Shown here one piece after another: positions 61,701 to 64,000 of a stretch of 64,000 nt of DNA. A program made the position numbers and the translations under genes. The stretch lies in assembly GCF_963921235.1 (NCBI RefSeq), contig NC_086108.1, positions 46,316,001 to 46,380,000 on the forward strand, given 5' to 3'. The stretch comes from Mobula hypostoma. Its lineage: Eukaryota. Position 1 is the first letter of the stretch; each line of letters starts with the position of its first letter. The notes beneath the pieces were generated by a model, which searched no databases, was not told the DNA's origin, and saw only the letters and a list, made by a program, of their open reading frames with translations.

Positions 61701-63006
61701 TATTTCCTGCAGTAAGGGTGGAGTATTACACGTAGATAAAAATCTGTGATGAAGAAAACCACCTTGTTGATCAAAAACAGTACAGAAAGGAAAAAAACAC
61801 TACAGAGGTGAGGAGAGGAATGCTTGGACAAACGCATCTTCCTCACTGGGATCAGAGTCCAAATCCAGTGTTATTGTGAAAACTGCCTTTTTTGTTTGCA
61901 AAATCTAATTTGTACTTACCCCATTCATTGTGAGAGTATCAACCGAACAGGAAGATCTCCCAAGGGCATAACCATGTCAAGAAAAAATTCAAGAGTTATC
62001 AGGCAACTACCCTGGTTGCAATGTAATCTGATGCATTCAACATATCAATATATCATTGACTGATAGTTAATTTTCACCCGAGGGGAGAACAAAATTCTGG
62101 ATTGTCTATGCTGCTGTTCTTATTAACTGGTGCAAATGACCTGGCACTGTGTGGCAGATCCTACAAATTCTCACACTTATTGAGTGTACAGTTTGGGATT
62201 TATGTAGCATTCTTTTCAAAGAGAATCTGAAGGCAGAGAAAGTGTTGGTTTTAAGCAGCACTTGAGCAATCATGTTCTATAGCAATCCATTTAATCTAAT
62301 CAACTCATTTAACCTAATGTGCTGCATCCATCCCTGGGAACAAAATAGTAATGGTCTTTCTCTCTTTCTTTTTCAGCACAAAGAAAAAAATTCTCACTTT
62401 TAAGGTAAGAATGTAAATAGTTTTAGGAACTGACCTGTCATAACGTTAGTTACATACGTTATTTTCATTGGTATCATCTGTGGCTTTTTGTAACCTCAGA
62501 ATGCGATGTTAAGCTTGTAGTTACAGAAGCAGAACATGCAAGCATTTCACATAAAAATAAAAATCATTTCCTGATGCACTGATAAAGCAGCATTCAGTAT
62601 GGAACTGAGACTTCTAAACTAAGGAGCTTCTGGCTTCAGTCACTCGTCTGAGCTGTTTAATCTGGAACTATTAGGAACAGCTGGACAAAACTGAGAAAGG
62701 AAAATTAGATAGGATTCTAGTATGGTTGGTTCATTTCTGCTCATGGGACCTGCAGGATCTATGAATGGCTGAGTAGTTATGTATGGCCCATATTTTAAAA
62801 CTTGCTGGGATAACTTTTCAGTGGTGTTCAGCTATGGGCCAGCACTATAAAAAAAAGGTGGAAAATATACAGTTAACTTAAATCAATTACATCTCAGTAA
62901 ATTTAAGAATTCTATTTTAATACTAATGAAACCTTTATTTCCATATTTTTACAGCAATAAAACACATAAAGCATTGGGCACTTACAAAGTGAATGAAGAA
63001 GTATAG
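52675..63006 (+). CDS. Selectin (C-type lectin, EGF, 5 sushi, TM, cytoplasmic tail), 570 aa; E/L/P orthology unresolved
   Basis: join(52675-52756, 53619-54011, 54376-54483, 56190-56375, 56533-56718, 56861-57046, 57198-57383, 59610-59795, 59958-60077, 62377-62404, 62955-63006) = 1713 nt. All introns GT-AG, phases compatible, no internal stop. Confidence 0.93.
53619..54011 (+). CDS. Selectin C-type lectin exon
   Basis: [56 protein letters not shown]; 393 nt, phase 1-1. Confidence 0.97.
54376..54483 (+). CDS. Selectin EGF exon
   Basis: [36 protein letters not shown]; 108 nt; TTAAG/ and /GTAAG. Confidence 0.96.
54895..55525 (+). mobile_element. CR1 3' fragment in selectin intron
   Basis: [31 protein letters not shown]. 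Confidence 0.9.
56190..56375 (+). CDS. Selectin sushi/CCP exon 1
   Basis: 186 nt, 6 Cys, VVNCANLE...WSAPTPHCE. Confidence 0.95.
56533..56718 (+). CDS. Selectin sushi/CCP exon 2
   Basis: 186 nt, 5 Cys (second Cys is Tyr), AVQCTKLE...WSAPTPHCE. Confidence 0.9.
56861..57046 (+). CDS. Selectin sushi/CCP exon 3
   Basis: 186 nt, 6 Cys, AVQCANLE...WSAPTPHCE. Confidence 0.95.
57198..57383 (+). CDS. Selectin sushi/CCP exon 4
   Basis: 186 nt, 6 Cys, AVQCVNLE...WSAPTPHCE. Confidence 0.95.
57500..58140 (+). mobile_element. Old degenerate CR1 fragment in intron
   Basis: TTTTCAGAAAGCTTTCCATAAG (FQKAF-like), GGATCAGTGCTAGAACCC (GSVL-like), GAGTACAAGAGTAAAGAAGTC (EYKSKEV). Confidence 0.6.
59610..59795 (+). 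CDS. Selectin sushi/CCP exon 5 (divergent, membrane-proximal)
   Basis: [62 protein letters not shown]; 186 nt. Confidence 0.96.
59958..60077 (+). CDS. Selectin transmembrane exon
   Basis: [40 protein letters not shown]; 120 nt, phase 1-1. Confidence 0.92.
60578..60780. mobile_element. Short fold-back Penelope-terminal derivative
   Basis: Arms GAGGAACTTGGTAGATCAAGCAGCATCT and AGATGCTGCCTGAACTGCTAAGTTCCTC are approximate inverted repeats; same terminal sequence family as 33423-33642. Confidence 0.65.
62377..62404 (+). CDS. Selectin cytoplasmic micro-exon (28 nt)
   Basis: Long polypyrimidine tract + CAG; encodes AQRKKFSLL; donor AG/GTAAGA. Confidence 0.85.
62955..63006 (+). CDS. Selectin last coding exon
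   Basis: [17 protein letters not shown]; acceptor TTTTTACAG; donor CAG/GTGAGA at 63022 and acceptor TTGCAG at 63189 suggest a separate 3'-UTR exon. Confidence 0.8.
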
Positions 63007-64000
63007 TGACAACTCAGTTCAGGTGAGAGACCAGTATTTAACTCATCATCTTTACATATTATTAGTCTTTTCAATATGAACATTAAGGTATTCACTTTGC
63101 CAACATTGTACAGTTTCTAATAAAACAATGGCAATTCTAAAGTTAGTTATATAGGGCAGCTCTAACATCTAATTAATATCTTATTGCAGGCTTTTCATAT
63201 CTTTATGCAAAGGATGACCAGAAATGAAGGGATTCAGAAGATGTATTCCAATAGCACCGGATTTGCATATTCAACCATTCGACAAGCTGGTACCATTATG
63301 AATGGGTGTATCTCAGGGCATCATCTTTGACTTCATTCAAACGAGTCTTCCATCTTTCTGAATGATAATGGTGGCAAAATACCAAACTTGCCCTCTATAG
63401 TCTTGTTTTACATGCTTGGCTTCATGGAATTAAGCCTCAAGAGATGGGTACTGGGCAATCTGAAACTGCCACACCTCCAAATCAAGGAGACACAGGCAAC
63501 TCTATGGTTGATCCCAAACTAATTTCAAATTACTGGATTTGCTGCCAAATTTGATTTGGTCCAGCCTTGCATTGCGTGCTATGTAGATTTATATAGCTAC
63601 AATGTTTATGATATGTAATGTTTACAATACTACTGATTTCGATGACAGCATGTTAAATACAAAACCACCGAAGAACAAAGTAATGTACTACTCGTGATAA
63701 TGGATTTGTTTAATGTTTTACAATCAATAGTCCCATAAAGATGGAATTTCATTTGCCTTTTCATTCAGGTTCCCCTATGCCACACATTATTTTCTGCTGC
63801 TGTGAGGAGGCAGCATGTATCTAGGTATTTTCCTAAGCCTTGATATCTAACCTAGAATAATGTCTTCACTTACCTTTTTCTCACACCAAACTCTTACCTA
63901 CTATTTTTTTCCTCGTATGCTCCCAGCCTTTTAAGACTGTGAGCAAATTAATGGCTGACTATTCCAATGGCCCAATCATTGATATATAAAGCCATTTCAT

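Noticed and set aside
52675..63006. Assigning SELE, SELL or SELP as gene symbol
   Set aside because: Diagnostic features conflict between domains, so orthology needs phylogeny and synteny.

Overview
Vertebrate genomic DNA, most likely from a cartilaginous fish (inferred from the CR1, Rex1-like, V-SINE, CORE-SINE and Penelope repeat mix). It has two main components. (1) A selectin gene on the + strand at about 50,850-63,200+. It has 11 coding exons: signal, C-type lectin, EGF, 5 sushi/CCP, transmembrane and 2 cytoplasmic exons. These splice by GT-AG into a 570-aa ORF. The promoter has NF-kB/ETS/ATF-like motifs, and four sushi exons are near-identical tandem copies. (2) A decayed class I (epsilon/gamma-like) endogenous retrovirus on the - strand at 20,047-30,461. 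It has both LTRs, a 5-bp TSD (AAAGG), a tRNA-Ser PBS, and gag-pro-pol-env remnants. The most striking observation is a 2H-phosphoesterase (CNPase-like) domain with both HxT motifs (LHCTV, PHLTV) between protease and reverse transcriptase. The ORF track misses it because of a frameshift and stops. The remainder is a dense retroelement landscape: Penelope-like elements carrying minimal hammerhead ribozymes, fold-back Penelope derivatives, two related solo LTRs, an R4/Dong-like LINE, RTE-derived non-autonomous elements and a five-level nested insertion. All calls are by eye; family names were not confirmed by database search.
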